Virus record (IMG/VR): IMGVR_UViG_3300042347_000453
Source: a virus
DNA length: 35,942 nucleotides
Strand: one strand, 5' to 3'
Below are positions 1 to 8,843 of the stretch, one piece after another. A program made the translations under genes and the position numbers. A model generated the notes under the pieces. The model was not told where the DNA came from, did no database searches, and saw nothing but the letters and a program-made list of their open reading frames with translations. Position 1 is the first letter of the stretch. Each line of letters starts with the position of its first letter.

Positions 1-127
1 TGGAAACCCGCAGCACAAGAAGCTTTCCTAAAGGCTGACCGCGGTGAGGCATTGACTGCCGAAGAGATTAAGCTACTAACACAAGAAGCTGAACGACGCG
101 AATCTGACTTTCATAAGGGCGTTTCAG
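1..127. repeat. Terminal direct repeat, copy 1 (identical to 35816..35942); contig closes on itself, unique length 35,815 bp
   Basis: Both termini read tggaaacccgcagcacaagaagc...cataagggcgtttcag. The scaffold reading frame is continuous across the junction. Confidence 0.95.
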
Positions 128-780
128 AGTTCAAAGGCCATTCTGAACGCGCAAAGGCTTATGACGCAGCAATAGCTCCCTATCAGCAACATTTACAGAG
201 TTTAGGCGTAGATGCGCCGACCGCTATCAACGCTTTGATGCGTGCCGATATGACGCTGAGAACGTCAGACCCGGTGACAAAAGCGCAGTATTTCGCTCAA
301 CTGGCTAAAGAATACAACATCGACTTAAATCAGCTTCAAGAACCGCCCCAAGTTGACCCACAAACTCAATATTTAATGAACGAGCTACAGGTGTTGCGTA
401 ATCAGCAACAAATGTGGCAAAATCAGGCTAGGCAACAGGAACAAGCAATAGCGCACGAGCAGTTATCGTCATTTGCTACACCTGGCCGCCCGCACTTTGA
501 CGCAGTGCGTAAAGAAATGGCCGATTTGCTGGAAACCGGCAAAGCCAAAGATTTACAAGAAGCGTATGAAAAGGCTGTTTGGAGCGATCCCGACATCAGG
601 CAATCCCTGTTAGATCAGCAACGCGCCGAAGCTCAGAAAAAAGCACTAGAACAAGCCCAAGCTCAGAAGGCGAGAACCGCCGCAGTGAGTGTAAAAGGCT
701 CTAGTCCTGCTTCCTCTGGGGTTCAGCCCGGTAATAAAGGTTCGCTGCGAGATATTCTCGCCGCGCAATTTGATTCTTAA
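1..780 (+). CDS. Capsid scaffolding protein, 3' portion (gene starts at 35606 and wraps through the junction; 329 aa in total)
   Basis: Frame 1 is open from base 1, and 35606..35815 is 210 nt, so the frame is kept. The protein is helical and Q/E/A/K-rich. It lies directly upstream of the major capsid gene, the usual scaffold position. Confidence 0.65.
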   Translation, partial: WKPAAQEAFLKADRGEALTAEEIKLLTQEAERRESDFHKGVSEFKGHSERAKAYDAAIAPYQQHLQSLGVDAPTAINALMRADMTLRTSDPVTKAQYFAQLAKEYNIDLNQLQEPPQVDPQTQYLMNELQVLRNQQQMWQNQARQQEQAIAHEQLSSFATPGRPHFDAVRKEMADLLETGKAKDLQEAYEKAVWSDPDIRQSLLDQQRAEAQKKALEQAQAQKARTAAVSVKGSSPASSGVQPGNKGSLRDILAAQFDS

Positions 781-794
781 CAGAAAGGATTGTC

Positions 795-1787
795 ATGGCT
801 ACGTTTGCCAATTTAAGCGACATTGTCGCAACCACTATTCAGTCACGCTCTGGTGCGCTGGCTGATAACTGTACCAACAACAACGCATTACTGTATAAAC
901 TGAAAGAACGCGGCAATCAGAAATTATTTTCTGGCGGCAACGTCATTCTTCAGGAAGTAATGTACAACGACCCCACGACTGAAAACGCTGGCTCGTATTC
1001 TGGGTATGACATTCTCGACATTAACCCGAACAGCCCGATTAGTTCGGCTCAGTTTGACATTAAGCAATACGCTGCTGCTGTCTCTATGTCTGGCCTGGAA
1101 ATGCTGCAAAACAGCGGCAAAGAACAGATCATTGACCTGTTAGAAGGCCGCATTCAGGTTGCTGAAGCCCAACTGATTAACGACATTTCTGCTGGCACTT
1201 ACTCGGACGGCACGGGTAACGGCGGTAAGGATATCACTGGTCTGGCTCTGGCTGTTTCTGCTTCGCCTGGTTCGGGCGTTTACGGTGGTATCAACCGTAC
1301 TAACTTCTCGTTCTGGCGCAACATTGCGTTTGATGCTACGACTGATGGCGGTGCTGCTGCTTCGGCTTCCAACATTCAATCGTACATGAACCGTGTAGCA
1401 GTTCAGTTAGTGCGTGGTTCTGACCGCCCCGATATCATTGTGGCAGGTAACAACTACTACCGCTTCTATCTGGAAAGCTTGCAAGCCATTCAGCGTATTT
1501 CTAGCGAGAGTTCAGCGGGTGCTGGTTTCACTAGCCTGAAATACTTCGGTGCTGGCTTTAACTGCGATGTATATCTGGATGGTGGTATTGGTGGTCAATT
1601 GAACACCAACCGCATGTACTTCCTGAATACTAAATATCTGTTCTTCCGTCCGCACCGTGATCGTAACTTTGTGCCTATTGGTGGCGACCGTATGTCGGTC
1701 AACCAAGACTCAATGATTCGACTTATTGGTTGGGCGGGTAACTTGACAAGTTCTGGCCCTCGCTTCCAAGGCGTTTTAACTGACTAA
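795..1787 (+). CDS. Major capsid protein
   Basis: 330-aa ORF with an SD (gaaaggattgtcATG) right after the scaffold gene, followed by a hairpin/T-run terminator. Size and position fit a podovirus HK97-fold capsid protein. Confidence 0.8.
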   Translation: MATFANLSDIVATTIQSRSGALADNCTNNNALLYKLKERGNQKLFSGGNVILQEVMYNDPTTENAGSYSGYDILDINPNSPISSAQFDIKQYAAAVSMSGLEMLQNSGKEQIIDLLEGRIQVAEAQLINDISAGTYSDGTGNGGKDITGLALAVSASPGSGVYGGINRTNFSFWRNIAFDATTDGGAAASASNIQSYMNRVAVQLVRGSDRPDIIVAGNNYYRFYLESLQAIQRISSESSAGAGFTSLKYFGAGFNCDVYLDGGIGGQLNTNRMYFLNTKYLFFRPHRDRNFVPIGGDRMSVNQDSMIRLIGWAGNLTSSGPRFQGVLTD

Positions 1788-1792
1788 TAAAT

Positions 1793-1813
1793 GGGGCTTA
1801 TGCCCCTTTTTTT
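1793..1813 (+). terminator. Rho-independent terminator/attenuator after the capsid gene
   Basis: ggggc-ttat-gcccc stem-loop followed by T7. Confidence 0.8.
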
Positions 1814-1827
1814 GAAAGGATACTAAA

Positions 1828-2130
1828 ATGGCTGCACCTTTTTCCGTAGCCCCAATTTCGGGGTGTGATTTGAATACCATTACTCTGGCCGCTGATGTTG
1901 GCCCCGCTTCCGGTGCAGAAGACGCGCCGCAGTTGGGCACTCAGGTCTTTGGTTCTGATGGTCGTCGTTATGTTTACGCACAAGCTAACGCCGTCATTAC
2001 CGCTTCGACAGCAGTGTGTACCGTCAACGCTACCACGTTCCTAGTGACTGCAACTGGCGGTTCTTACCGCTCACCTGCTGTTGCTATGGCTTCTGGTGAT
2101 CGTGGCTGGTTCTCTGCTACTTCTGTATAA
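1828..2130 (+). CDS. Hypothetical head-module protein (100 aa; possible decoration protein)
   Basis: ATG with aaagga SD. Position is directly after the capsid gene. A/T/G/V-rich. Confidence 0.6.
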   Translation: MAAPFSVAPISGCDLNTITLAADVGPASGAEDAPQLGTQVFGSDGRRYVYAQANAVITASTAVCTVNATTFLVTATGGSYRSPAVAMASGDRGWFSATSV

Positions 2131-2140
2131 GGAGTAACGT

Positions 2141-2497
2141 ATGAGCTACCCTTCACGGTGTATGGGTGTCGGAATGGCTGCTGCACTTACCGAACAGGTG
2201 TGTGGCGACATTCAGGACAACGTGACCGCTGCGGGTTCAACTCAAGGCACGGCAACTCTGGTCACTGGCGCTCATGTCATAGTAACGACAGCGGCAGCCA
2301 GTACCGGAGTTATTTTGCCCCCGGCTGAACCTGGTGCAGAAGTCACTGTTAAAAACCTAGGCGCTAACGCACTCAACATTTACCCGGCTACTGGCGGTGC
2401 TATTAATGCACTGTCAGCTAACGCCGCGTTTTCTGTTGCGGCTGGTGGTCAGGCGAGATTGTTGGGACGTAATAGTCTCAACTGGGTCACTTACTGA
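2141..2497 (+). CDS. Hypothetical virion-module protein (118 aa)
   Basis: Strong SD (aaggag) 6 nt upstream of the ATG. Followed by a terminator. Confidence 0.65.
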   Translation: MSYPSRCMGVGMAAALTEQVCGDIQDNVTAAGSTQGTATLVTGAHVIVTTAAASTGVILPPAEPGAEVTVKNLGANALNIYPATGGAINALSANAAFSVAAGGQARLLGRNSLNWVTY

Positions 2498-2502
2498 GTG
2501 GG

Positions 2503-2529
2503 CAGGGGCATTTGCCCCTGTTTAATTTT
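2503..2529 (+). terminator. Rho-independent terminator/attenuator
   Basis: caggggc-attt-gcccctg stem-loop followed by tttaatttt. It overlaps the GTG start given in the ORF track, which argues for the ATG at 2543 as the true start of the next gene. Confidence 0.7.
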
Positions 2530-2542
2530 GAGCGGAGAAGAT

Positions 2543-3085
2543 ATGAGCAATCCTCAGTCTAGTTTTGTCGAGTTTTTCATGGAATCTGTTGAATTGAAGT
2601 CGGAAAGTGAAAAAGCTGGCCGACCGATTTACAAGGAAATTCCATTTATTCGGATTCAACACCCCGGCGATCGTTTGAATGTTTTAGAAGTAAAAGCAGA
2701 CGCACACTACAAGCAGAGGTATGCAAAACAATGGCGCGAGTTTGAGGCAGGTATGGCGGGGGAAGTGATTGGCACGGTTTTAAGTCAGTGGCCGCAGATC
2801 ACAAAGTCGCAATGCAAAGAAGCCGAGTATTTTGGTATTAGAACAGTAGAAAATCTGGCTGAAGTGAACGATGGCGCATTACAGCGCATGGGCATGGGAT
2901 GGATGGAATTGAGAAAGAAAGCGCGGGATTATCTAGCGGCAGCGGCAGGAAATGCGCCTATTAACGCACTGCAAGCTGAAAACGAGCGATTGCGTAATGA
3001 ATTTGAAGCGCTCAAAGCCTCGTTAGAAAACCCGGAAGTGAAACGCGGAAGACCGCGTAAAGAAACCGAAACCGTCGAGGGCTAA
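2543..3085 (+). CDS. Hypothetical virion-module protein (180 aa) with a C-terminal coiled coil
   Basis: ATG at 2543 preceded by gagcggagaag. The upstream part of the track ORF is the terminator hairpin. Confidence 0.65.
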   Translation: MSNPQSSFVEFFMESVELKSESEKAGRPIYKEIPFIRIQHPGDRLNVLEVKADAHYKQRYAKQWREFEAGMAGEVIGTVLSQWPQITKSQCKEAEYFGIRTVENLAEVNDGALQRMGMGWMELRKKARDYLAAAAGNAPINALQAENERLRNEFEALKASLENPEVKRGRPRKETETVEG

Positions 3086-3087
3086 CT

Positions 3088-3792
3088 ATGAATTACACCC
3101 TGCTTGAGCTAGTGCAGCAGGTTACTGGTGAACTGGGTGTAAGCCGCCCGACATTGGTTATCGGGAACAATGACCCGCAGATCATACAACTACTCGCCTT
3201 GGTCAACCGACTAGGGCGAGACCTTTGCACACAAGGCGAGTGGCAAAGGCTGAATACTGAACACAGCTTTACTACGGTTCAGGGGCAGACACAATACGCC
3301 CTACCGAGTGACTGGGGCAGACAAATACCCCAGACTGAGTGGGATAGAACGTCACAATGGCCGCTGATTGGTCCTGCGACCACTCAAGAATGGCAGATTT
3401 ATAAATCAGCGATTATCAGCGATGGTCCAAACCTTCGCTTCAGAATTGCTAACAACTTCCTGGAGGTTGACCCGCCCACGGGTGGATTGAACCTGTCTTT
3501 TTACTACATTTCAAAAAACTGGATTGATGCAGGTGGCGGGGTTACTCGCAAAACCTACGCAGCCGACACTGACCGAGCGATATTTGACGATTCGCTGATG
3601 GTTTTAGGTCTAAAAGTACAGTGGAAAGCCTCTAAAGGACTTGACCCTGGCTTAGACTTGCCGGAATTTAGAAACATGCTCGACACGATTAAAGCACAGG
3701 ACAAGTCGGCACCAAAACTTACACTCGGCGGTTTGCCACGTAATATATTGCTGACTGAGTGGAACATACAAGACGGCAATTTTCCCGGTTAA
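3088..3792 (+). CDS. Tail tubular protein A-like (T7 gp11-like adaptor)
   Basis: 234 aa. The N-terminal pattern (LLELVQQVTGELG...LLALVNRLGRDL..GEWQRL) resembles the gp11 N-terminus, and gene order fits. Assignment is from memory. Confidence 0.5.
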   Translation: MNYTLLELVQQVTGELGVSRPTLVIGNNDPQIIQLLALVNRLGRDLCTQGEWQRLNTEHSFTTVQGQTQYALPSDWGRQIPQTEWDRTSQWPLIGPATTQEWQIYKSAIISDGPNLRFRIANNFLEVDPPTGGLNLSFYYISKNWIDAGGGVTRKTYAADTDRAIFDDSLMVLGLKVQWKASKGLDPGLDLPEFRNMLDTIKAQDKSAPKLTLGGLPRNILLTEWNIQDGNFPG

Positions 3793-3833
3793 TTATGGCA
3801 ACAGCACGAGCTACCTCAATACCTTCATGCATA

Positions 3834-4370
3834 TTAAAAATGTATGTAACCCCATTCTTTTCCGTGTTTTATCCTACTTATTTGTTGGTGATTTACAGGG
3901 TAATCTTTTGCAATTTTGCAAACACGCTCACCATTTTTAAGACGTTTTTTTATAGCTATAACATCATCAATGCAAAGTTTTGCGCCAAATGCTTTTTGGC
4001 CTTTGTTTGTAACTCCATGAAGAATCTTGTCTTTTTGGTTATTCTGCGCGGTGTCATACCTAAGATTTTTTACGCAATTGTTAGATGCGTTTCCATCATT
4101 GTGACATCGTTCCATTCCATCTGGGATGGGGCCAACAAATTCTTGAAGGACAAGATGGTGAACTCTGATAATTTTTACGTTAAAATTTTTGCAAAGAGAA
4201 ACTTGTTGTCTTTTTGCTTTGTCAGTAACTGGTTTAAGAATTTTCTCAAACACTTTTCTTTTAACCCCGCTGGACGTAAATGTATATCTTTCATGGCTTT
4301 TTACTCTTCCCATGTTAGATACAGAATACAAGCCCTCATACCCAGTAATTGGTTTCCAAATTTCTTGCAT
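3834..4370 (-). CDS. HNH homing endonuclease (NUMOD4 + HNH_3 + C-terminal HTH)
   Basis: WKPITGYEGLYSVSNMGRVKS (NUMOD4), RVHHLV...CHNDGNASNNCVKNLRYDT..NN (HNH) and ISRIKHGKEW (HTH tail). It is the only minus-strand gene and sits in an AT-rich island. Confidence 0.9.
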   Translation of the reverse strand: MQEIWKPITGYEGLYSVSNMGRVKSHERYTFTSSGVKRKVFEKILKPVTDKAKRQQVSLCKNFNVKIIRVHHLVLQEFVGPIPDGMERCHNDGNASNNCVKNLRYDTAQNNQKDKILHGVTNKGQKAFGAKLCIDDVIAIKKRLKNGERVCKIAKDYPVNHQQISRIKHGKEWGYIHF

Positions 4371-4419
4371 AAAGATTCCTTTGTGTTAAGCCTTGATTAT
4401 ACACGATGAGGGGCAGAAA

Positions 4420-5940
4420 ATGAAAGCATCTGCAACTTCTGTTCCATCGCCAGTGCTAGGTCTTAATGACCGAGACAGCATTGCAGATATGAAACCGCAA
4501 TATGCGCTCATACTTGATAACTGGTGGCCGTACCCTTCCTATGTAGGGGTAAGAAAAGGCAGCACTAACCACGTTACAGGTTTTACTAACCCGGTGCAGA
4601 CGTTAGTAGAGTATTTGCCGACAAGTGGCGGGGCAAAACTTTTTGCCGCAGCGGGTACGGGTATTTTCGACGTAACTACAGCCGGAGCGGTAGGCGCGGC
4701 AGTCGTGACCGGGCAGACTTCAGCACAATGGCAACACGCTAACGTGACTACTGCGGGTGGGTCTTTTCTGTACCTAGTGAACGGACAAGACAGACCCCAA
4801 CTATTTAACGGCACGACATGGACGGCAATAGATGGAACGTCAACGCCTTCAATAACCGGAGTGACGACAACTAACCTGGTGCATGTGTGCGTGTTTAAGT
4901 CACGGCTGTATTTTGTGGTCAAAAACAGCATGCAGGTGGTATTTCTGCCCGTTGGACAAGTAGGTGGTGCAGTGGGTACGTTAGATATGAGTGCCATTTT
5001 CCGTGATGGCGGGTCGATTATGGCCTGCTATACATGGACGGTGGACGCTGGCGCGGGTGCTGATGACCATTTCGTTGTAATCTCGACAATGGGCGAAGTG
5101 GCTATTTACAGAGGCAGCAACCCAGGCGCGGGTGGTGATTTTTCGATAGTTGGGGTGTTTCAGTTAGGCAAGCCTTTAGGCCGTCGATGTGCTGAAAAAT
5201 ACGGCGGTGACTTGGCAGTCAACACCACAGAGGGCGTTTTCCCGTTGGGGCGTGGTCTTTTGTCAGCAAGTGTCGATAGGACAGTAGCCCTGACTGACAA
5301 GATACAGAATAGCGTATCTATTGCAGCGAATTCCTACGGCTCGTCGTTTGGGTGGCAACTGACGCTCTACCCTGACGCGAACATGATGCTATTGAACGTA
5401 CCAAACCCCGGCGGGAATTATCAGTACGCACAAAACACGATTACGGGCGCATGGACTAAGTTTGTTGGCTGGAACGCTAACGTACTACTACATGCCTCGA
5501 CGGGACTGTACTACGCAGACAATACACGGGTTTATAAGGCATGGGTGGGCGACTTAGACAACACAACACCTATACAAGCCGACTGCTTACCTGCCTTTAA
5601 TTACTTCGGTAACAAAGCCTTCAATAAGTATTTCACGATGGTCAGGCCGTACATTTTGACGACTGGCAGCCCTTCGGTACTTTACGGACTGAACACTGAT
5701 TACCTAGCCCAGGATGCTCAAGGTACATTGAATTTCACACCACCTACTGGCATGGTGTGGAGTTCGATGGTATGGGGGTCGATGGTTTGGGGTGGCGGGT
5801 TAAGACCGATTACGGGATGGAATACAGTAGGCGCGGTGGCAAATAGTGCATCGTTAAGATTGAAAGTACAGAATAATGGTGCTGAGGTTAGGTTCAATAA
5901 TGTCGATTATCTCTTCCAGCCGTCCAACTCTGTTCTTTGA
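4420..5940 (+). CDS. Tail tubular protein B-like / nozzle structural protein (506 aa)
   Basis: ATG at 4420 after ggggcagaaa. Large beta-rich protein following the gp11-like gene. Function inferred from synteny only. Confidence 0.5.
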   Translation: MKASATSVPSPVLGLNDRDSIADMKPQYALILDNWWPYPSYVGVRKGSTNHVTGFTNPVQTLVEYLPTSGGAKLFAAAGTGIFDVTTAGAVGAAVVTGQTSAQWQHANVTTAGGSFLYLVNGQDRPQLFNGTTWTAIDGTSTPSITGVTTTNLVHVCVFKSRLYFVVKNSMQVVFLPVGQVGGAVGTLDMSAIFRDGGSIMACYTWTVDAGAGADDHFVVISTMGEVAIYRGSNPGAGGDFSIVGVFQLGKPLGRRCAEKYGGDLAVNTTEGVFPLGRGLLSASVDRTVALTDKIQNSVSIAANSYGSSFGWQLTLYPDANMMLLNVPNPGGNYQYAQNTITGAWTKFVGWNANVLLHASTGLYYADNTRVYKAWVGDLDNTTPIQADCLPAFNYFGNKAFNKYFTMVRPYILTTGSPSVLYGLNTDYLAQDAQGTLNFTPPTGMVWSSMVWGSMVWGGGLRPITGWNTVGAVANSASLRLKVQNNGAEVRFNNVDYLFQPSNSVL

Positions 5941-6346
5941 TGCTGAAGTTATAGGACCGTGGGTGTTTGAACGTGCGGGTGGGACTTGGCTACCAGGACG
6001 GGCGACAGCAATAGGGCAAATGCAAGACGGGAAGATAAATGCTGGTGTTTTATACGAAGAATGGAACGGGGCGAATTTGTTTTGTCATATTGCTGGTGAA
6101 GGGAACTGGGCAAACAGAAGATTTTTGTCGGTGATTTACGATTACCCGTTTAACCATGTTGGGGCAAAACGGATAACCGCAAGCGTAAATTCAAACAATG
6201 AACAAGCGATAAAACTTAACATAAAAATGGGATTTAAGTTAGAATGTACTCTGACGCAGGCAACCCCTGACGGCGACATTCTATTGTTCCGAATGTTTCG
6301 GGATGAATGTAAGTATTTGAGGGGTAAATATGCGTTATCTAACTGA
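5900..6346 (+). CDS. GNAT-like N-acetyltransferase (148 aa)
   Basis: RRFLSVIYDYPFNHVGAKRITASVNSNNEQAIKLNIKMGFKLECTL fits the GNAT acetyl-CoA-binding core. It overlaps the upstream gene by 41 nt in another frame. Confidence 0.55.
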   Translation: MSIISSSRPTLFFDAEVIGPWVFERAGGTWLPGRATAIGQMQDGKINAGVLYEEWNGANLFCHIAGEGNWANRRFLSVIYDYPFNHVGAKRITASVNSNNEQAIKLNIKMGFKLECTLTQATPDGDILLFRMFRDECKYLRGKYALSN

Positions 6347-7475
6347 TTTTCCTGACCTTCCAATCATGGCATTTAGAAAAAGGCCGGATGGTCGGATTGC
6401 AACTTTAGAAGGCGGGAAAGGCTATGCACCACCGCCACCCGATTACGAATCAGCCGCAAAAGAAACAGCACGCGGCAACCTAGAAGCTACCCGCGCAGCA
6501 GTTCGTGCAAATCGAATAAACCAATATACACCCTATGGGAAATTGACGTACCGACAAAACCCGGTAGGCGGAAAAATTAACTATGATGCTTACAACAAAG
6601 CATTGCAATCGTATAATCAAAGTCGTTTTCCGGCTAATACAAAAAATGACGTGATTGGCGGGACAGAGTACAGCGCAAGGTACGGCCGGACCAGACCCGG
6701 CGGCGCAACGAGTGTAGCGGAACAACAAGGACAGTTTCAAGGAATTGCTCCAAAGCTAGAAGACTTCATGGAATACGACCCAGATTCAGGCTGGGAGCAA
6801 ACAATGGAGCTTACGCCTGAAGCACAGTCAGCACTTGACCAACAACTAGCCCTGAACCGTAAATATGGCGAAGTGGCTAATTTAGGCTTTGATCGGGTTC
6901 GCTCGATATTTGAAAACCCGGAGCTTGACGTTGGCGCTTTACCTAAACGAGCAATTGACGTAGGCCAGACCGCGCAAGAAGCGTTATTGGCCAGACTTAA
7001 CCCGCAGCTACAGTCACAAGAAGAAGCAACACGGCAACGGTTAGCAAACACTGGCATTGGACTAGGCTCAGATGCTTTCTCGCGTGAGATGGCAATACAA
7101 GGCCAGCAAGCTAACGACTTGAGACTGCAGGCCGCCTTACAAGGGATAAACCTTGACCAGGCTAACCGCGCTGCTGCACTGCAAGAACAAGCCTACCTAC
7201 AAGACAGACCGCTTAACCTGATAAATGCCCTACGTGCTGGAAACCAAGTAACCGCACCGCAGTTTCAACAGTTTGCACAACAGGCAACCACGCAGGGACC
7301 TGATTTGCTAGGTGCAACAAACGCACAGTACAACGCACAAATGAACGCATACAACGCTGACCAAGCCGCAGGTAGTGGGATGATGGGAGGATTGTTTGGC
7401 TTAGGCATGGGTTTGGCTGGACTTCCTGTAGCGGGTGGCGGTTCTTTGCTTGGTAATTTTATAGGGAAAAGATAA
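6330..7475 (+). CDS. Internal virion/ejection-like protein (381 aa) with a Gly-rich hydrophobic C-terminus
   Basis: Q/A/N-rich protein ending GSGMMGGLFGLGMGLAGLPVAGGG. Sits at the position of the T7 gp14-16 block. Confidence 0.5.
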   Translation: MRYLTDFPDLPIMAFRKRPDGRIATLEGGKGYAPPPPDYESAAKETARGNLEATRAAVRANRINQYTPYGKLTYRQNPVGGKINYDAYNKALQSYNQSRFPANTKNDVIGGTEYSARYGRTRPGGATSVAEQQGQFQGIAPKLEDFMEYDPDSGWEQTMELTPEAQSALDQQLALNRKYGEVANLGFDRVRSIFENPELDVGALPKRAIDVGQTAQEALLARLNPQLQSQEEATRQRLANTGIGLGSDAFSREMAIQGQQANDLRLQAALQGINLDQANRAAALQEQAYLQDRPLNLINALRAGNQVTAPQFQQFAQQATTQGPDLLGATNAQYNAQMNAYNADQAAGSGMMGGLFGLGMGLAGLPVAGGGSLLGNFIGKR

Positions 7476-8843
7476 ATGCGAGACTTTGACCTAGAACAGC
7501 AGCTAATAGACGCAAGACGCAGACGCTACGGCGAACAAGCCCAAGCGCAAGCCCCACAAGGCAGAATGGTGGGGGGTAGATTTGTTGCGCCCCATGCGCT
7601 TGAGTATTTAGCCGCTGGACTACGTGGCTTTGGTGGTATTCGTGGTCAACAAATGGCAGAGGATGAGCTAAAACAGCTACAAACTACACGACAGCAAGCT
7701 GTAGCCGATGCCTTGCGTGGGTTTAATGAAAACATGCAAGGAACACCGGAGCAGGTTATACCAAACCTTACGCCAGTGGACGACGAAGGCAACCCAATGC
7801 CGCAAGCGATTAAACCCGCCCAACCGCAAAATATACCCGCAGCGTTTCGCGCACTAAGCACTTCACCTGATGCTGCAATGCGGCAGTTTGCCCAACAGGG
7901 TGCGATGCAATTTGCACAAAAAGCCGCAGAACAGCGTAGAGCCGAGCAAGACAGACAGCGTTTAATGGGTATACTGCAAAACAGTACCCCGCAACAAGCT
8001 ATAGCCGCTGGTGTTCCTGTTGATTTAGTAAAAAGCTACTATGAATCGCCGAACATTGGACGGCAAAAGGTGCAGTTTATTAAAACGCCAAGCGGTGATA
8101 TGGTTCCGCGCACTGAATTTGGCGATGTTCCGCAAAATGTTTCTGAAATTAGAAACACTGGCAACGTATTCAGCGATTTATTGATTAGAGACCCTGTTAC
8201 AGGGCAAATAGTGCCGAATGAGCCTTTGGTTGGCGCGAAAGGCAGAATTGCCGAACGTGGTGCTGCACGTAGCAATGTAACATTAAATATGCCGGACAAG
8301 AAATTTTATGAAGGGTTAGGTACTGCTATTTCTGGTCAAATAGAACAAGGATTTACGCAAGCACAAAGTGCCGTACAAACACTTAATAATGCTAATCAAA
8401 TAGCTCAAGCCTTAGACAAGGCAATAGTAGGTCCGTTGGCTAATCAAAGGCTTGCGTTAGCGCAAATTGGGCAGGTTTTAGGTGTTGGTGGGAAAAACAA
8501 TGTAGAAGTTTTGCAAAATACCAGAAACGTAATACAGGGTTTGGCTAGACAGGAACTATCAGCGGCAGGTCAAATGAAAGGACAAGGGCAAATAACAGAA
8601 TCAGAAAGGGCTATTTTACGTAAAGCTGAAGCTGGCCAGATAAATGAATTCACAAAACCTGAATTGAATGAGTTTATTTCTGCAATACGTAAAACCGCAA
8701 ATTACAGAATAGCATCACACAAAAGAAACATTGAAAGATTAAAAAATGACCCGCAGGCGGCGACAATATTGCCTTATTTGCAGATAGACGCTCCAAAAAA
8801 CCAAGAAAATGAAATGCCGCCCGGTTTTGAGGTGATTCGATGA
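7476..8843 (+). CDS. Internal virion/ejection-like protein (455 aa)
   Basis: ATG immediately after the upstream stop. Q/A-rich and helical. Function inferred from synteny. Confidence 0.5.
   Translation: MRDFDLEQQLIDARRRRYGEQAQAQAPQGRMVGGRFVAPHALEYLAAGLRGFGGIRGQQMAEDELKQLQTTRQQAVADALRGFNENMQGTPEQVIPNLTPVDDEGNPMPQAIKPAQPQNIPAAFRALSTSPDAAMRQFAQQGAMQFAQKAAEQRRAEQDRQRLMGILQNSTPQQAIAAGVPVDLVKSYYESPNIGRQKVQFIKTPSGDMVPRTEFGDVPQNVSEIRNTGNVFSDLLIRDPVTGQIVPNEPLVGAKGRIAERGAARSNVTLNMPDKKFYEGLGTAISGQIEQGFTQAQSAVQTLNNANQIAQALDKAIVGPLANQRLALAQIGQVLGVGGKNNVEVLQNTRNVIQGLARQELSAAGQMKGQGQITESERAILRKAEAGQINEFTKPELNEFISAIRKTANYRIASHKRNIERLKNDPQAATILPYLQIDAPKNQENEMPPGFEVIR

Noticed and set aside
1-127. Genuine physical direct terminal repeat of the virion DNA
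   Set aside because: It cannot be excluded. However, an exact 127-nt overlap that cuts through the middle of the scaffold gene is more simply an assembly k-mer overlap of a circular or circularly permuted genome.
3759-4409. 216-aa plus-strand ORF across the AT-rich island
   Set aside because: It is the antisense shadow of the HNH endonuclease gene. The sequence is F/I/L/N-rich with no motifs and no SD, while the minus-strand product has clear NUMOD4 and HNH signatures.
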